Source: Octopus bimaculoides (taxonomy: Eukaryota). Taken from it: DNA of 62,624 nucleotides. The notes under the pieces were generated by a model. It was not told the DNA's origin and ran no database searches. It saw only the letters and a program-made list of their open reading frames with translations. The stretch is taken from positions 74,866,445 to 74,929,068 of the forward strand of contig NC_068990.1 of assembly GCF_001194135.2 (NCBI RefSeq), read 5' to 3'. Position numbers and translations under genes: made by a program. Shown here piece after piece: positions 1-12,461 of this stretch (positions are counted from its first letter, which is position 1; each line of letters starts with the position of its first letter).

Positions 1-97
1 TTATTTTATTATAAATGCAAAACAACACCACAGAGGAATTGACGAAAGCTTCATAAACTGCGATAAGTGAACCGCAATATGGTGAAGGATTACTGTA
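1..97. mobile_element. Right end of a pogo/Tigger-like MITE
   Basis: Ends ...GTGAACCGCAATATGGTGAAGGATTACTG|TA (TIR-like CAGTAATCC on the minus strand, followed by TA); the same sequence recurs at about 12041-12144. Confidence 0.6.
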
Positions 98-475
98 TCT
101 AAGTGTGGGTGTAGCTTTCATTCTATTTCTGTTTTAATAATAATAATGTTCTCATCAGAAAACTTAGGATGGCAGAACCTAAAGTACTATTTAGTGTCCT
201 TAGATTCTAGTACTTCACTAAGAGCCACAAATAAAATAATAGATAAAAAAAACATTAGAAACAGACTATAACTGAATGCAAAATTTTAATTTAACAAGGT
301 GTATCCAACCAAGGGATATAGCTGAAGAGTGCAGTTCTTCAAACTTATGGCTTAAACATTTGCACTTCTAACTGAAGAGTTAAGACAGAAATTTTGACCA
401 GAAGCATTCTAGCAATGACCATCACATCTTTTTAGGGAGTGGAATCTATGACTACATTATCCAACATGTCCGTTT

Positions 476-712
476 TCAACCTTCCTGTTACCATATTCCT
501 ATTGAAATACACTCTCTTTATTTCAATTAATCCTTGAAATAATGAAGAATTCAGCAAAATAACTGTCATTATAAAACTGGAATTTGGAACATAAATGAGC
601 ATGAAATTTTGATGATAGCAGGTTTTAATTTAAAATAAAAACTAGGGGTAGTTTCAGGTAGGTTGGTATCAAAATGGTCATGGTGGTATTGGTCTGATCT
701 GAAGGAGATTGG
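476..712 (+). mobile_element. MITE-B, decayed piggyBac-type non-autonomous element
   Basis: Shares internal sequence (GAAGAATTCAGCAAAATAACTGTCATT...GGAACATAAA...GGTTGGTATCAAAA) with the copies at 5768-6100. Confidence 0.5.
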
Positions 713-2414
713 GCTAACAGGTCAATCAACCATGTAGAGGTTTCCTCGTCAGCTTATTTTACAACCAAATTTCTACTAAATGTAGGCTGCAGAATATAAA
801 TTCTTTAGTTTGTTTGTATCAGCCATCCTAGATAAGGCTACAATGCTTATTTTTTGCATTTCTATTAATCTCCAAAATAATTAAAAATTCAAAAAAGTTA
901 TTTGATGAAAAATGCAACTTCTTTTTAAATATTTTTTTTTTTTATTATTGGAATTTATCAAACTGATTAAAAAAAAAAAAAATGACGTCAGAACTTTTCC
1001 TTGAAGTTGGTATTCAGGAAATTATGAGACACTGGTTGGTAATTTTAATATAAATTATAAAACAAATATATTTACATTTAATATGAACAGTTTAAGGTGG
1101 TTTGGTAACCTGGGAACAAGGGTAGTCTCAGGTGGGCAGTTATTGAAAAATTTAATTTGAATTGAACCAAGAAATTGCAATAAATTCAGTTAATGAAGCA
1201 AAATTTCCAATTTTATTTCAACATTGCTTATCAAAAAACGAAGAGAAAAATTAACAATTTACACTTCTTTAATATCCAAATAGCTGAGGCAGCTCCTCTC
1301 CTCCTTCAAGGATTTTAACTGACAAGCACCCAAGTACCTATTTCAGTCTGGCACGAGTTATTTTATTGATATATATTTTATCAAATGGCTAAGTTTACCT
1401 TTGGACATGAGGGATACAAATCAACTGCCTTACACACACACACAAACTTTCAAACAATTTGTCTATCGAATTCCACTCACAAGGTGTACATGAATTATTA
1501 TTACTTTTTTTTTAAATATTTGTAATTTGTTACATAGATTATTGTAGATTTGTACAGTTGATCAGGATAACATTCATTGAGAACCCAAAATGTATGCAGA
1601 GGCACACACACATTTACACGGAACTTTTAGCAGCATTAGCCTTAAAATAATACATTTTCTTCCCAAAATGGCAACAAAAACATCTCCATACCATCCTCAA
1701 AATTACTGCATTCTAAACAAGATCTGACATATTTAAAACTAGAAATAAACCCTTTAATTGTTTCTCAGTAATATAATCACTTACCAGCACAAACAATCCC
1801 CCCCCCCCCNNNNNNNNNNNNNNNNNNNNNNNNNCCCCCCCAATCTCTTCTCCATAAACTAGTTGTCGCTATATTGCCACTGTCATCTAGTTAAAATGAG
1901 ACCAGTGAGAGATGAGAAGCGGGTCAGATATATTTCTTAGAGTAGGGGTCAGTGAACTGGGGTGAAAATGAAATTCTTGGGGGTAATGAGAACTCATTAG
2001 ACATAAGTAAAATTATATAAAAAAAACATGTTCCTCGTTATTACAGAAATTTTTCTTCTGGCAACACTGCATCTGTCCAATGGACATGTAAATAGATTTA
2101 ATAAACCTTTTGAATTCAAAGAATCTATGATTTTCTTCCTTACAAATCAAGTGGGTAACGTCAGTGTAAATAAATATATTTTGGAGTAATTAGTTAAAAA
2201 AGTTTCCCAACCTTGTTTTAGAGAGATGCTTTCCATGCAATAAGTAAAGGCTAGATGACAAGTGAGGCAACGCAACCCCAACAATATAACAGCAGCTTAA
2301 GTCACCAAGTTCCAGCAACCAGGCAGTGGATAATGGATAAGCCAAGGAAAGTCCAAAGGAAACAAAACAGAAAAATAGAGAGACAGGCAGAGAATATTTA
2401 GGAATATGTGCAAG

Positions 2415-2536
2415 TGGTGACTCTTTATAGAATGAGATTGTAGGGTAGGTCTGAGAAGGTAGATCTATTTGGTTTGAAGGGAAAACATGTAGAATATTTG
2501 GACTTGATAGGACCGGTTGAAGTGCTGAAAGGTTAA
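2415..2536 (+). mobile_element. MITE-A, right half
   Basis: ATTGTAGGGTAGGT...TAGAATATTTGG...GTGCTGAAAGGTTAA matches the right half of the intact copy at 17959-18134. Confidence 0.6.
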
Positions 2537-2654
2537 TTCACAATAGAATATTGCTAGCGAATGATAGAGCCTCTATGTTGTCACATGATTTGCTAGAAAC
2601 AGCAGCCAAATTTCTTTCAACCTGCACCCTGCTATCTTAAGGATAAATTGGACT

Positions 2655-3020
2655 CATCTTTTACTTTTTTCAGTTATAGGACTGAGGCCATGTTGGGGTA
2701 CTCTCTTGAACAAATCAACCCTAATAATTATTTTAGTTTTTCAAGTCTGGTACTTATTTTATTGATCACTTTTTTCTGAACCACTACGTTGCAGGAATGA
2801 AAACAAACCGACAACACTTGTTGGAGGAGAAACACAAAAACATACACACAGATGTATACACATGACAGGCTTTTTTCAGTTTCCATCAACCAAATACACT
2901 CACAAGCTTTTGGTCGGCCCAGAACTATAGCAGAAGATATTTGCCCAAAACGTCACACAGTGGGACTGAACCTAAAACTACATGGTTGGGAAGTTAACTT
3001 TTTACCACACAGCCACAGCT
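2655..3020 (-). mobile_element. SINE-K (tRNA-derived octopus OK/OR-type SINE)
   Basis: Reverse complement of the family best seen at 57905-58302: ACTATAGCAGAAGATATTTGCCCAA...GGGACTGAACCTAAAACTACATGGTTGGGAAG...ACCACACAGCCAC. Confidence 0.75.
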
Positions 3021-3511
3021 GAACCTGAAATTTACTTGATTGTAAGTCTATTAAACCAAGGCAGGCCTTGAACTTAACAAAAGTGCAAGACTTTCCCTCT
3101 ACTACTATAGAATATTGTGTGTACTGTAATAGAGTGAAAGACAAGAAGCTGGCCAGTCTGTAGTAGAATCAGATTTCTAACACTGCTACCAAAATGCCCA
3201 AACACTACAATATAACGCCTTGTTTCTAAACCCAAAGCATAAGAATTTCGTAGCTGGTCAAAAGAAAAACAATATATTAATTATAGAATTTCACAAACGA
3301 CCACATAAAAGTTATAAAAATAAAACAACTGTAAAACTGAATTCATCAACTTCAATCTTGAAGTTAAGAAGGCAGCCAGGTTGAAAAATCAAGCCTATCA
3401 CTTTTTAACTCAAAAGTGTCAATTTACCAGTCCACCAGACCATAAACCCAAAAGGAGTGGGGGTGGGGGAGAGCTTTGTATGGCTAACAAACAATCAACT
3501 GAGCATGTGTT

Positions 3512-3856
3512 CCTTTTATCTGTTACTTGCTTCAGTCATTTGACTGTGGTCATGCTGGAGCACCACGTTGAGGAATTTTTAGTCAAATGGATCAACCCCA
3601 GTACCTATTACTGCTTTTGTTTTTAGCCTGGTGCTTATTCGGTTGGTCTTTTTTGCCACACTGCTAAGTTACAAGGATATAAACACACTATTGCTGGTTG
3701 TCAAGTGGTGGTAGGGTACAAACACAAACACAGTGGGCTTCTTTCAGTTTTCGTCCACCAAATCCACTCACATGGCTTTTGTTGAGCCAAGACATTTGGA
3801 CTGAACCAAGAACCTTTGTGGTTGGGAAGAAAACTTCTAATCGCACAGCCACACCC
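3512..3856 (-). mobile_element. SINE-K
   Basis: TTCAGTCATTTGACTGTGGTCATGCTGGAGCACC tail through GGTTGGGAAG...CACAGCCACAC head. Confidence 0.75.
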
Positions 3857-4635
3857 ATGAACATTCTGACTTAGGGGGTCAGTTTCTAAACAGTTTGTGC
3901 CCTAGTGCAACTTTTTTCTTTTTTTCTTTTTGAGATTTTAAAATGTATTTGGTTGCTATTCAATTTTCAATTCTACCATGTCTAGCAAATGATAAAAATC
4001 TACTCTTGTCTCTGTGATACGAGTCAAATCAATGAGCCAGAGATATTATAGATAATGATCATTCAGGAAAATGAAAGTTACTAATAAACAGTATCAGTAA
4101 CTTGGGACATGACAAAGAGAAACAGTGTGATGGTGATCTGTATCGCTTTATGGAAACAGCTGAACCGAAACATGTCACCAGATGATAACCCCTACGGGTT
4201 TGCAGAATTGATAGAGCACAGTATAAATGACTTTGTAGTGTTTGGTTGCATTCATTTACGTTCTAGGTTCAAAATCCTGCTCAGGTCAACTTTTACCTTT
4301 CATTACTTTTATTAAGTCCTGTGATCAATATAATCAACCATATTCTTGAAGGCGGCGCCCCAGCAAAGCCACAGTCAAATGACTGAACCAGTGAAAGAGG
4401 AAGGTTATTTCTAACATATTCTCACAGTGGCACTACAACTAATGTAGTCCATACTGTAACTAAACTGCAGGGCCTTGTTACTGCATTGCTAAATGAATAC
4501 AAGTTTGATTTGCCAGTCAGCTATAAATTCTTATCACTTCACATTAGTTTCTTCAAAAAGGTTTCACATCTAATAAACAAGGACCAATTTGAGCATTGCA
4601 AATTCTTTCACGTATTGTATGGAAGAGGGTTAATT

Positions 4636-4815
4636 TAGACTCTTTAACATTCAGATTACTCTGTCAAATGTAATGCTCATTTATTCACATTGTTTTGAAT
4701 TAATAATGATCTTGCAAAGTTTCAGGTTTGAGTGATGTGATCATATAATTTTTAGAATGGCATTGCAGGGTAGGTGCAAGAGGTTGGATCTGGCCAGTTT
4801 GAATGCTAAAAAGTC
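4636..4815 (+). mobile_element. MITE-A, near complete
   Basis: CTTTAACATTCAGATTACTCTGTCAAATGTAATGC...GGATCTGGCCAGTTTGAATGCTAAAA. Confidence 0.7.
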
Positions 4816-5767
4816 AAATCGAACATTGTATATGGTCAGATGGACGTGAATTTGTGAGTTGTAAGCTACCTGCTGTCTATCTCAGATAACTCTGCATTCA
4901 CATATGCAAACAAAAACTTGGCTAAATAAATACACATCATAACAAAGGCAGATGTTCTTCGACTTTAAAATTTCCACAGTTTGAGAACTTCAACATAAAC
5001 ATTTTCTGCATCTCTTCCACTCAGATATATTTTTCTGCAAAATTTTTAGATAATAACACATTTAGTGCTTCGCATTTCAGAAAAACAAAAATATGTTTTG
5101 TAGGCTTCAGTATAAAAGCATCAACAGAGATTGTCTCAAAATCATATATGAGCATAGCCTTCTTACATATCCATAATTAAAGATATAGGAGATAAGGTAC
5201 GAATACAGATATAGACATGCAAAGCTACTTTGATAGTAGCAATTTTGGTTGACAAGTAAATTAAGGATAATGTTTTAATCACTTGACAAAGCTAAAGTGT
5301 ATCTCTCTCTCTCTCTCTGTCATATATATATATATATTTATAAGTATATAATGTAGAATGGTTACACCTATGTGAGCATGAGAATGAGAAGGGGAATAAT
5401 TAGTCATGGCTGACAAAGTCAGATCTAAATTTGGCAAATCCATTAACAATGAGATCTTCCAAGATAATTAATAAATTAATGCCATTAATGCCAAAAGTTT
5501 CACAGATATACCTAAGCTCAGCAAAATCCATTATTGGTAAACCTGTTGAAGAAATTACAAACGCATTAAGGAATACATTTTTTCTTTTTTTTTAACAATA
5601 AATATGGCAGAATTGTAGAACAATGTATGAAATGGCTTGTAGTATTTGATGTGAGTTTCTACACTCTGGGTTCTGAGTTCAAATGCAGCTATCCAGAACT
5701 TAGTCTTAAATCTTGTTAGGGTTGATAAAAATGTACCAATGCAGAACATATTTTTTAATAAGAAAGT

Positions 5768-6100
5768 ATTTAGTAAACTAACTTTGTCATTAACACTTCT
5801 TGATATAAACTTGCCTGAGTTGTTCTCTGATAGAAGCTTCCTGATTCGAAATAAGTGTTAATTATTTCTAATCACAAGTTTGATAATGACAATTATACTA
5901 AATTCTTCATCATTTTCAAAATTAATTGACACAAAAGACTGTTTCTCAAAAGTAATGTGGTAACAAAAGGATCGAGCTGGTGTTTGGGAACATAAACATG
6001 AAATTTCAATGGAAGGCTTTTTATTTAGATCACATTAAAATGGGAAATTGTATACCAGAAACAGGTGTGGTGCCAGGTAGGTGAGGATCAAAAAGGTTAA
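5768..6100. mobile_element. MITE-B copy with a second, inverted MITE-B nested at TTAA
   Basis: Outer plus copy (...ACTTTGTCATTAA | GAGCTGGTGTTTGGGAACATAAA...AAAAGGTTAA) is interrupted by a minus copy at about 5794-5970. Confidence 0.55.
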
Positions 6101-6124
6101 AAGAGTTTCAATAAACGGTACTAG

Positions 6125-6592
6125 ATGAATTCTTTAGCATTTAAACCAGCCATATCAGGCCAAAATATTCTACCCGTTTTACAAACTGACCAGATCTTGC
6201 CTCTCACACCTACTCTACAATGTCATTGTAGAAATAAATAATCACATCATTTGAAATATTGAAGCTACAAAATTAATATTAACATTAATAATGAGCTGGC
6301 AGAATCGCTAGCACACCAGACAAAATACTTAGTGGCATTTCATCCATCTCTATGATCTGAATTCAAAAATTCTGCCAAAGTCTACTTTGCCTTTCGTCCT
6401 TTCAGGGTCGATAAAACAAGTACCAGTTGAGTATTGGGGTCAACGCAACCAACTTACACCCCTCCTCGAAATTGCTGGCCTTGTGCCAAAATTTGAAATC
6501 AATATTAATATTGAAGCTAGATGATTAATTTAAAGCAAAATGAATAAATAACTAATACGTTTAACAAAGAAATCTGAATACTAAAAGGTTAA
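6125..6592 (-). mobile_element. MITE-A interrupted by SINE-N
   Basis: CTTTAGCATTTAAACCAGCC... at 6132; resumes after the SINE at about 6513 and ends CTGAATACTAAAAGGTTAA. Confidence 0.65.
6290..6506 (+). mobile_element. SINE-N (Nin/Deu-like core)
   Basis: GAGCTGGCAGAATCGCTAGCAC head, CTTTGCCTTTCGTCCTTTCAGGGTCGATAAAACAAGTACC core, GGCCTTGTGCCAAAATTTGAAATCAATATT tail. Confidence 0.75.
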
Positions 6593-6723
6593 TTACTAAC
6601 ATACATTAACATGGTATGAACAATTTAACGAAACTTCAAGATCTAAATTCCAGGGATAACCCCATTTCTCAACAACAAAGTATGAACTTCATTTTCAAAC
6701 ACCCTGTGTACCACTGGAATATG

Positions 6724-6860
6724 TTTTAACTCTTTAGCATTCACATTATACTATCAAAAGTAATGCTTTTTTTTTTTAATTCAGATTGTTTTGAATTAAT
6801 CATGCATTATTTTGTAGGTTTGAGAGTTTGATGAGCTAACTGTACATTTTCAGAATAGCA
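6724..6860 (+). mobile_element. MITE-A, left half, abutting the mariner relic
   Basis: TTAACTCTTTAGCATTCAC...TTCAGAATAGCATTGTA, after which homology to MITE-A stops. Confidence 0.6.
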
Positions 6861-6879
6861 TTGTAACTAAAGCTCTGTT

Positions 6880-7239
6880 GTATCTTTTGAAGCACCCATG
6901 CCACTCAAAACATTGCATACGACCCATTGTCTTGTCGCCGCCGTAAGCTTGCTGAAGTGTGCTCAATGTCTCTGTAGCAGACTTTCCAAGTTTAACGCAA
7001 AATTTCATGTTGGCTCTTTGTTCCAACTTCTTGTCCCATGACAAAAACTTGCAGACTACAACATACACACATGATCACAAAAAACACAAAGCTCACAACT
7101 TGTGAAGTAAACACAGTGATGTCACTCAACACACTGCCTCGTGAAGGTTCACTGCTAACCCTCACTGTGCATGCAACTATGTGTTGTCATGTGTTGGTGT
7201 GCTACAGAACTAGTCCGGGAACTTTTTGATATCTCTGTA
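6880..7239 (-). mobile_element. Truncated mariner (Tc1/mariner) transposon: left TIR plus transposase N-terminus
   Basis: Minus strand TA|CAGAGATATCAAAAAGTTCCCGGACTAG TIR; translation KLEQRANMKFCVKLGKSATETLSTLQQAYGGDKTMGRMQCFEWHGCFKR matches the mariner N-terminal HTH pattern EQRxxIKFCVxLGKSATET...AYG...FEW. Confidence 0.9.
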
Positions 7240-8510
7240 TATATGAATACACACACACAAACACATATATATGTATACACACACCAAACTTTACCACTCC
7301 TTTTTGTCTCTTTTTAAGAGAAAGAGAAAGAATATAAGACACAAAACTTTTTAGTCTAAACAGGCCTTTAAGCTCAAGTAACTAAGCAACAAAACATGCT
7401 TGAATTTTGGAGATGAAATTTCCTGTTGAAGTTTTACATTTTAATACGCCACAATTCTCTAAACAGATTCAAAGACAAAAACAAATAAAAAAAAAACGTA
7501 ACTATCAATAGTAATGTATAAAATTATACAAGATAAAAAAACAACCTGTTGAAATTAAATATAAAAATTAAAAAAAACATAAACAAATTGTTTTTAAAGG
7601 AAATTAAAATATGAATGAAGTTGGTTGTGAAATTAAGGTAGGTTGTTTCTGGTTCCCAAGACAAAAAAAAAACAAAAAAAAAAAACAGTAACTGACTCAT
7701 AAATATAAAAATTAAACCACTTATATTGCCTTCTGCTAACTTCAGTTAGCATCATAAACACATCCACACACTTGTGTGTGGGTAAATATATGTTAAGATA
7801 AGTTGATTTTTAAGTGTAACTAAAGCAGAAATAAACATTCACCATCAGCACCACCGTTATCATTATCATCATTCTGTCTCCCGTTCTATTAGATTTCAGG
7901 TATCTGAAGAACTACTGAAAGATGAATAAGTAGCTCTTGTGAGGCCTTTTTTATTGTTATTATCATTATTACTATCATTATTTCAAGTGGTTTTATTCAA
8001 AAACATCAAAGTCAGCAGAATTAAGACGAATTTCAAAAATCCACTTAAACAAAACAAAAACCCTAATCCAAGTTTCAACAGAAATACACCAACTATTAAG
8101 AGAAACACTCATGCCTACACACACAAACAAACACTGACATATGTACATTAAACTAAAAAGAAGTGAAAGGACCTTCGTCTGTTAGAACAATGAATGCTCT
8201 GATTGTTCCATCAAAATTATTACTCACTGAATAACAGGATAAGGGGATGAGTATCCCACAGTGATGGGATTTTGCCAAAGAAGAATTAATATCACAATGT
8301 GAGTGCTAGGGCTGACCCTTAGAATCACTGGTAGGGTCCATTTGATGAGGGTTTCACCCAGAAGGCATGGGTTAACCTGAGGCTGTGGTAAAATGGATGT
8401 GCTCAAGTTGCCTTGCAGTGGGGACTCACTTGTTGTTGTGAAGCCAAACCTCTTAACCACCTCACCCAATCACACCTGCATACATGCAAACACACACAAT
8501 GTGTGTGTGG

Positions 8511-8680
8511 GTGCATGGTTTAGAGGTTAGGGTGATGCACTCATGATCATGATTTCAATTCCTAGACTGGGTGGTGTGTTGTGTTCTTGAGCAAGACACT
8601 TCATCTCAAGTAGTTGCTCTATGCTCACTGCAACACCTGACATGTGGCACAGAGTGTGCCTATTCAGACAAAAGCTAAAT
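8511..8680 (+). mobile_element. SINE-M fragment
   Basis: A-box-like TGGTTTAGAGG, B-box-like GATTTCAATTCC, then GTGTTGTGTTCTTGAGCAAGACACTTCAT core. Confidence 0.6.
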
Positions 8681-8712
8681 CCTCATACATCATCTTCAAT
8701 AGGAGAGTCCAC

Positions 8713-8743
<31 letters not shown>

Positions 8744-10530
8744 ACACTGCTATTATTTACTTCAATGCAAGAGTTTCCCCATTTCCCTAAACAAAATGGC
8801 TAAGACGGTGACTAAGGCAGTTGGCATTCAATTCCAACCCCAACAAGACTGCCTACCTGGGCCTCCATGACATGTACCAAAAGGTCTCCAGGTGTACAAT
8901 AAGCAATGCTCAACAATCGGGCTTTCCCCCAGTGGTAGCTCACTTGCTAGTTGATGCCCAACCGTTGTCTGATGGCACAGATCTTCTGGCCACAATAACC
9001 TTCAAGCCATTGGTCAAGGACTCCTGTATGTATGCATGTATGTACGTAAACAAATGGAATAAACATCTATTCTCTCATCTGTTCTACTTTTATACATTTT
9101 CTACAACATTGTATCTCCTGGATTTTCAGAATAGCATGAAGGTTTATCCTAGCCTCAACCAGTCATTATCGTTAGCCATGCATTTGGCAGGGATCTTACT
9201 GTGAGATACATTTGATTCTTTGGATCCCTATTATTACAATATATATATATATTATTATAATATATGTATCGACAAGGCATGCATTTTAAAAATAAATGCC
9301 TTCACAGAAATAAACTACAAAAAAAAAAAACAGAAAAAAAAAAAAAGAACTGAAGCGCTTGTTAATTCTAATAAGCCAGTAAGTAATATTTGTTAAAATT
9401 TTACATGTACATTATTAATTAACTACCTTGAAAAATAAATTTTAAAAAGGTAAATAAAATAAGATACTATTAAAGTTTACTAATGTAGCACCATGAGAGA
9501 GAAGGAACAACAGTAGGATAAGGGTAGGGAGAGAAAGACAGAATTGCAAGTGAGAGAGAGGGGGGCAGAGAGAGAAAGAGTGAGAGAGACAGACATATAG
9601 GAAACAGGGGAAAGGGAAGAGATACAAGTGAGAAGTAAAAAGGAGAGGGTGAAAGGAAGATTGTTTTGTGACTGGCTGGACACCTTACCCCAGTGTCCAT
9701 CCATTCACAACTCAATATATGGAAGACATTAATCAATTGTGGAAATAAAATGATAACTCAGCTTGCCCCAACTATTAATTTTTCTATTGTCTTTTGAAGT
9801 GTAACCATCTTGCAGCAGATAAGGAAGATGGGCAAGACAGCAAGACAATCTGACAAAAGGAAAAGTCACCTAGGTTGAGCTTTTAGCCAAAGTATCAGGA
9901 TATTATCAGTCTAAATGTAGTAAGAGAGTTGCAAAACATACAAACGCCATAATTCACTATATTGACCAACCAAAGAATTCAATCAATCAAGATATCAAAA
10001 TAGCATCTTAACTAATTGTTGATTATATTTTCTGGACCGATAGCTCTTTATCTCTGTAGTTTTATAGTCAAGGAAAAACAAAGAACCAACACACGCAAAC
10101 ACATGAAACAGAAAAGTTACAGTTAAACTAAATTAGACATTACACACACATACACACATGTACACACAACTGTAAAAGCAATCATCACAGAGAGAGATAG
10201 GACCATTTAAGAAAAAATAAAAAAATAAAAAAATTATTTATCAAACTAATAAAACCGGATAAAACAGAGATTGAGACTTTAAAGAGGGGAGGGTCAGAGC
10301 TAGCCATTTCGCTAACTTTGGTTAATTGTAAACAATTTGTTGTTTTAAGAATTCTCTCAGACTACCACCATCACCACCACCACCAAAGTTGTAAATCTTG
10401 GCATCAAAAATACTTCATGACAACTGTTCAGGATGAATCACTCACAGATATTGATGCAATCTAAACAACATTAGATGTAAGATNNNNNNNNNNNNNNNNN
10501 NNNNNNNNNNNNNNNGGGGGGGGGGGGGGC

Positions 10531-10890
10531 AGTAATGATTACTTGTGATTAAGGCTCAAACCAGCAAATTTGAAAGGGAGGTGGTATTAGATGATAACAT
10601 CATCTCTACTTGACAAGGACCTTATTTTACCAACCCCCCAAAAGATAAAAGGCAATGTTAACCCTGGCAGGATTTGAACTCAGAACATAAATAATAGGAA
10701 AGATGGCTGTAATAAAGCTTCCAAATTCTGGCACACAGCCAGTAATTTTGAGGAAGGGCTTAAGCCGATTACATCGACCCCAATGATCAACTAGTACTTA
10801 GTTTATCGATCCCAAAAGGATGCAAAGCAAATTTAAATTCAGGACATAAAGACGGATGAAATGCCACTGAGCATTTTGCCCAGCACACAC
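10531..10890 (-). mobile_element. Two adjacent decayed SINE-N copies
   Basis: Two occurrences of reverse-complemented SINE-N tail/core (GGCACACAGCCAGTAATTTTG...ATCGACCCC...GGATTTGAACTCAGAAC). Confidence 0.6.
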
Positions 10891-10990
10891 ACTTGTTATT
10901 TATGAATAGTATGAGCGTTAGCCAATTAGATTAACCACATATAACTGGTATATATTTAGAGAATGCCACTGAGCCTGTTCAAAATATGTA

Positions 10991-11079
10991 TCATCATCAT
11001 CGTTTAACGTCCGCTTTCCATGCTAGCATGGGTTGGACGATTTGACTGAGGACTGGTGAAACCAGATGGCAACACCAGG
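10991..11079 (-). mobile_element. SINE-R 3' tail, strongly 5'-truncated, young
   Basis: (CAT)n CGTTTAACGTCCGCTTTCCATGCTAGCATGGGTTGGACGATTTGACTGAGGACTGG, near-identical to the copies at 12475, 44750 and 52865. Confidence 0.8.
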
Positions 11080-11252
11080 TATATATATATTCAAAAAATG
11101 GATTTCAGTTGATTAATCAACCCTCTAACATTCAGAGCAGTCTACCAAATTCACTCACAAAGCCTGGGTCAGCTTGTGGCTGCAGTAGATGATACTTGCC
11201 CAAGTGTCCCTCACAATGGGACAGAACCCGAAACCATGTGATTAGGAAGCGA

Positions 11253-11757
11253 NNNNNNNNNNNNNNNNNNNNNNNNNNNNNNNNNNNNNNNNNNNNNNNN
11301 NNNNNNNNNNNNNNNNNNNNNNNNNNNNNNNNNNNNNNNNNNNNNNNNNNNNNNNNNNNNNNNNNNNNNNNNNNNNNNNNNNNNNNNNNNNNNNNNNNNN
11401 NNNNNNNNNNNNNNNNNNNNNNNNNNNNNNNNNNNNNNNNNNNNNNNNNNNNNNNNNNNNNNNNNNNNNNNNNNNNNNNNNNNNNNNNNNNNNNNNNNNN
11501 NNNNNNNNNNNNNNNNNNNNNNNNNNNNNNNNNNNNNNNNNNNNNNNNNNNNNNNNNNNNNNNNNNNNNNNNNNNNNNNNNNNNNNNNNNNNNNNNNNNN
11601 NNNNNNNNNNNNNNNNNNNNNNNNNNNNNNNNNNNNNNNNNNNNNNNNNNNNNNNNNNNNNNNNNNNNNNNNNNNNNNNNNNNNNNNNNNNNNNNNNNNN
11701 NNNNNNNNNNNNNNNNNNNNNNNNNNNNNNNNNNNNNNNNNNNNNNNNNNNNNNNNN
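11253..11757. other. Assembly gap (505 N); other large gaps at 27203-27326, 33517-33724 and 39746-40026
   Basis: N runs. Exons could be hidden in them. Confidence 1.
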
Positions 11758-11924
11758 TAATATTTTTTTTCACCTCTACTGGCAATAGAATAACTGATGC
11801 AAGACAGCTTGGGAGAGAAAAAACAATTGCTTGAGCATATAACACATTGAAATAAATTGTCAAAATTCTTTTAGTAATGAGAGTTTTCAGTTAGTGGGCT
11901 ATAGCTTTCCTCAAGAAAGTTTTT

Positions 11925-12144
11925 AGTCAATTATGGTTGTTATGTTCCAAAACCCCACCGTGATAGGTGAAAATCCATGAAGTAGAAACAGGTACTGTAC
12001 TGTATATTTTTTTTTTTTTTAATTTTTATAATTTGTATATATTTATTTTATTATAAATGCAAAACAACATCACGAAGGAATTGATGTAACCTTAAATAAT
12101 AAACCGCAATAGGTGAACTGCAATATGGCAAGGGATTACTGTAC
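11925..12144. mobile_element. pogo/Tigger-like MITE, left end eroded
   Basis: CCAAAACCCCACCGTGATAGGTGAAAATCC internal motif; end ...CAATATGGCAAGGGATTACTG|TA matches 1-97. Confidence 0.55.
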
Positions 12145-12461
12145 TTCATAGGTCATCATCCTTGTAAAATACTAAATGGCCACTGGCATAAATGGAGCAA
12201 ATTCAGTCAAACTATACAACTGCAACAAGCTTCTGCACAGTTTCTGCCAACCGAATTCCACTCAAACATCAGTTAGCCTGAAACTATAGTAGAAGAGACT
12301 TACTCAAAAAAAGCCACGTGGTGTGATGAAACTCAGAACATGCGGTTCTGAACCTGAAATCTTAGTCATGCCTCTATCTAAAGCAATGATTTCAGAAATT
12401 GAAGTTGGACAAGTGAAAAGATTCTTCCACTGGTTGTAGATAAAATGCTACATCACTAATC

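Noticed and set aside
7899-7930. Plus-strand mini-exon ATTTCAG|GTATCTGAAGAACTACTGAAAGATGAATAA
   Set aside because: Nine codons then a stop; no partner exons on the plus strand.
8821-9204. 127-aa ORF MAFNSNPNKTAYLG...
   Set aside because: Runs into TATG repeats and low-complexity sequence; faint RTE-like wording (TISNA...PPV) is too degraded to support; no convincing splice signals.
11132-11863. Long ORFs across N gaps (also 26874-27488, 33286-33823, 39695-40042)
   Set aside because: Open only because N and (TA)n/(CA)n codons contain no stops.
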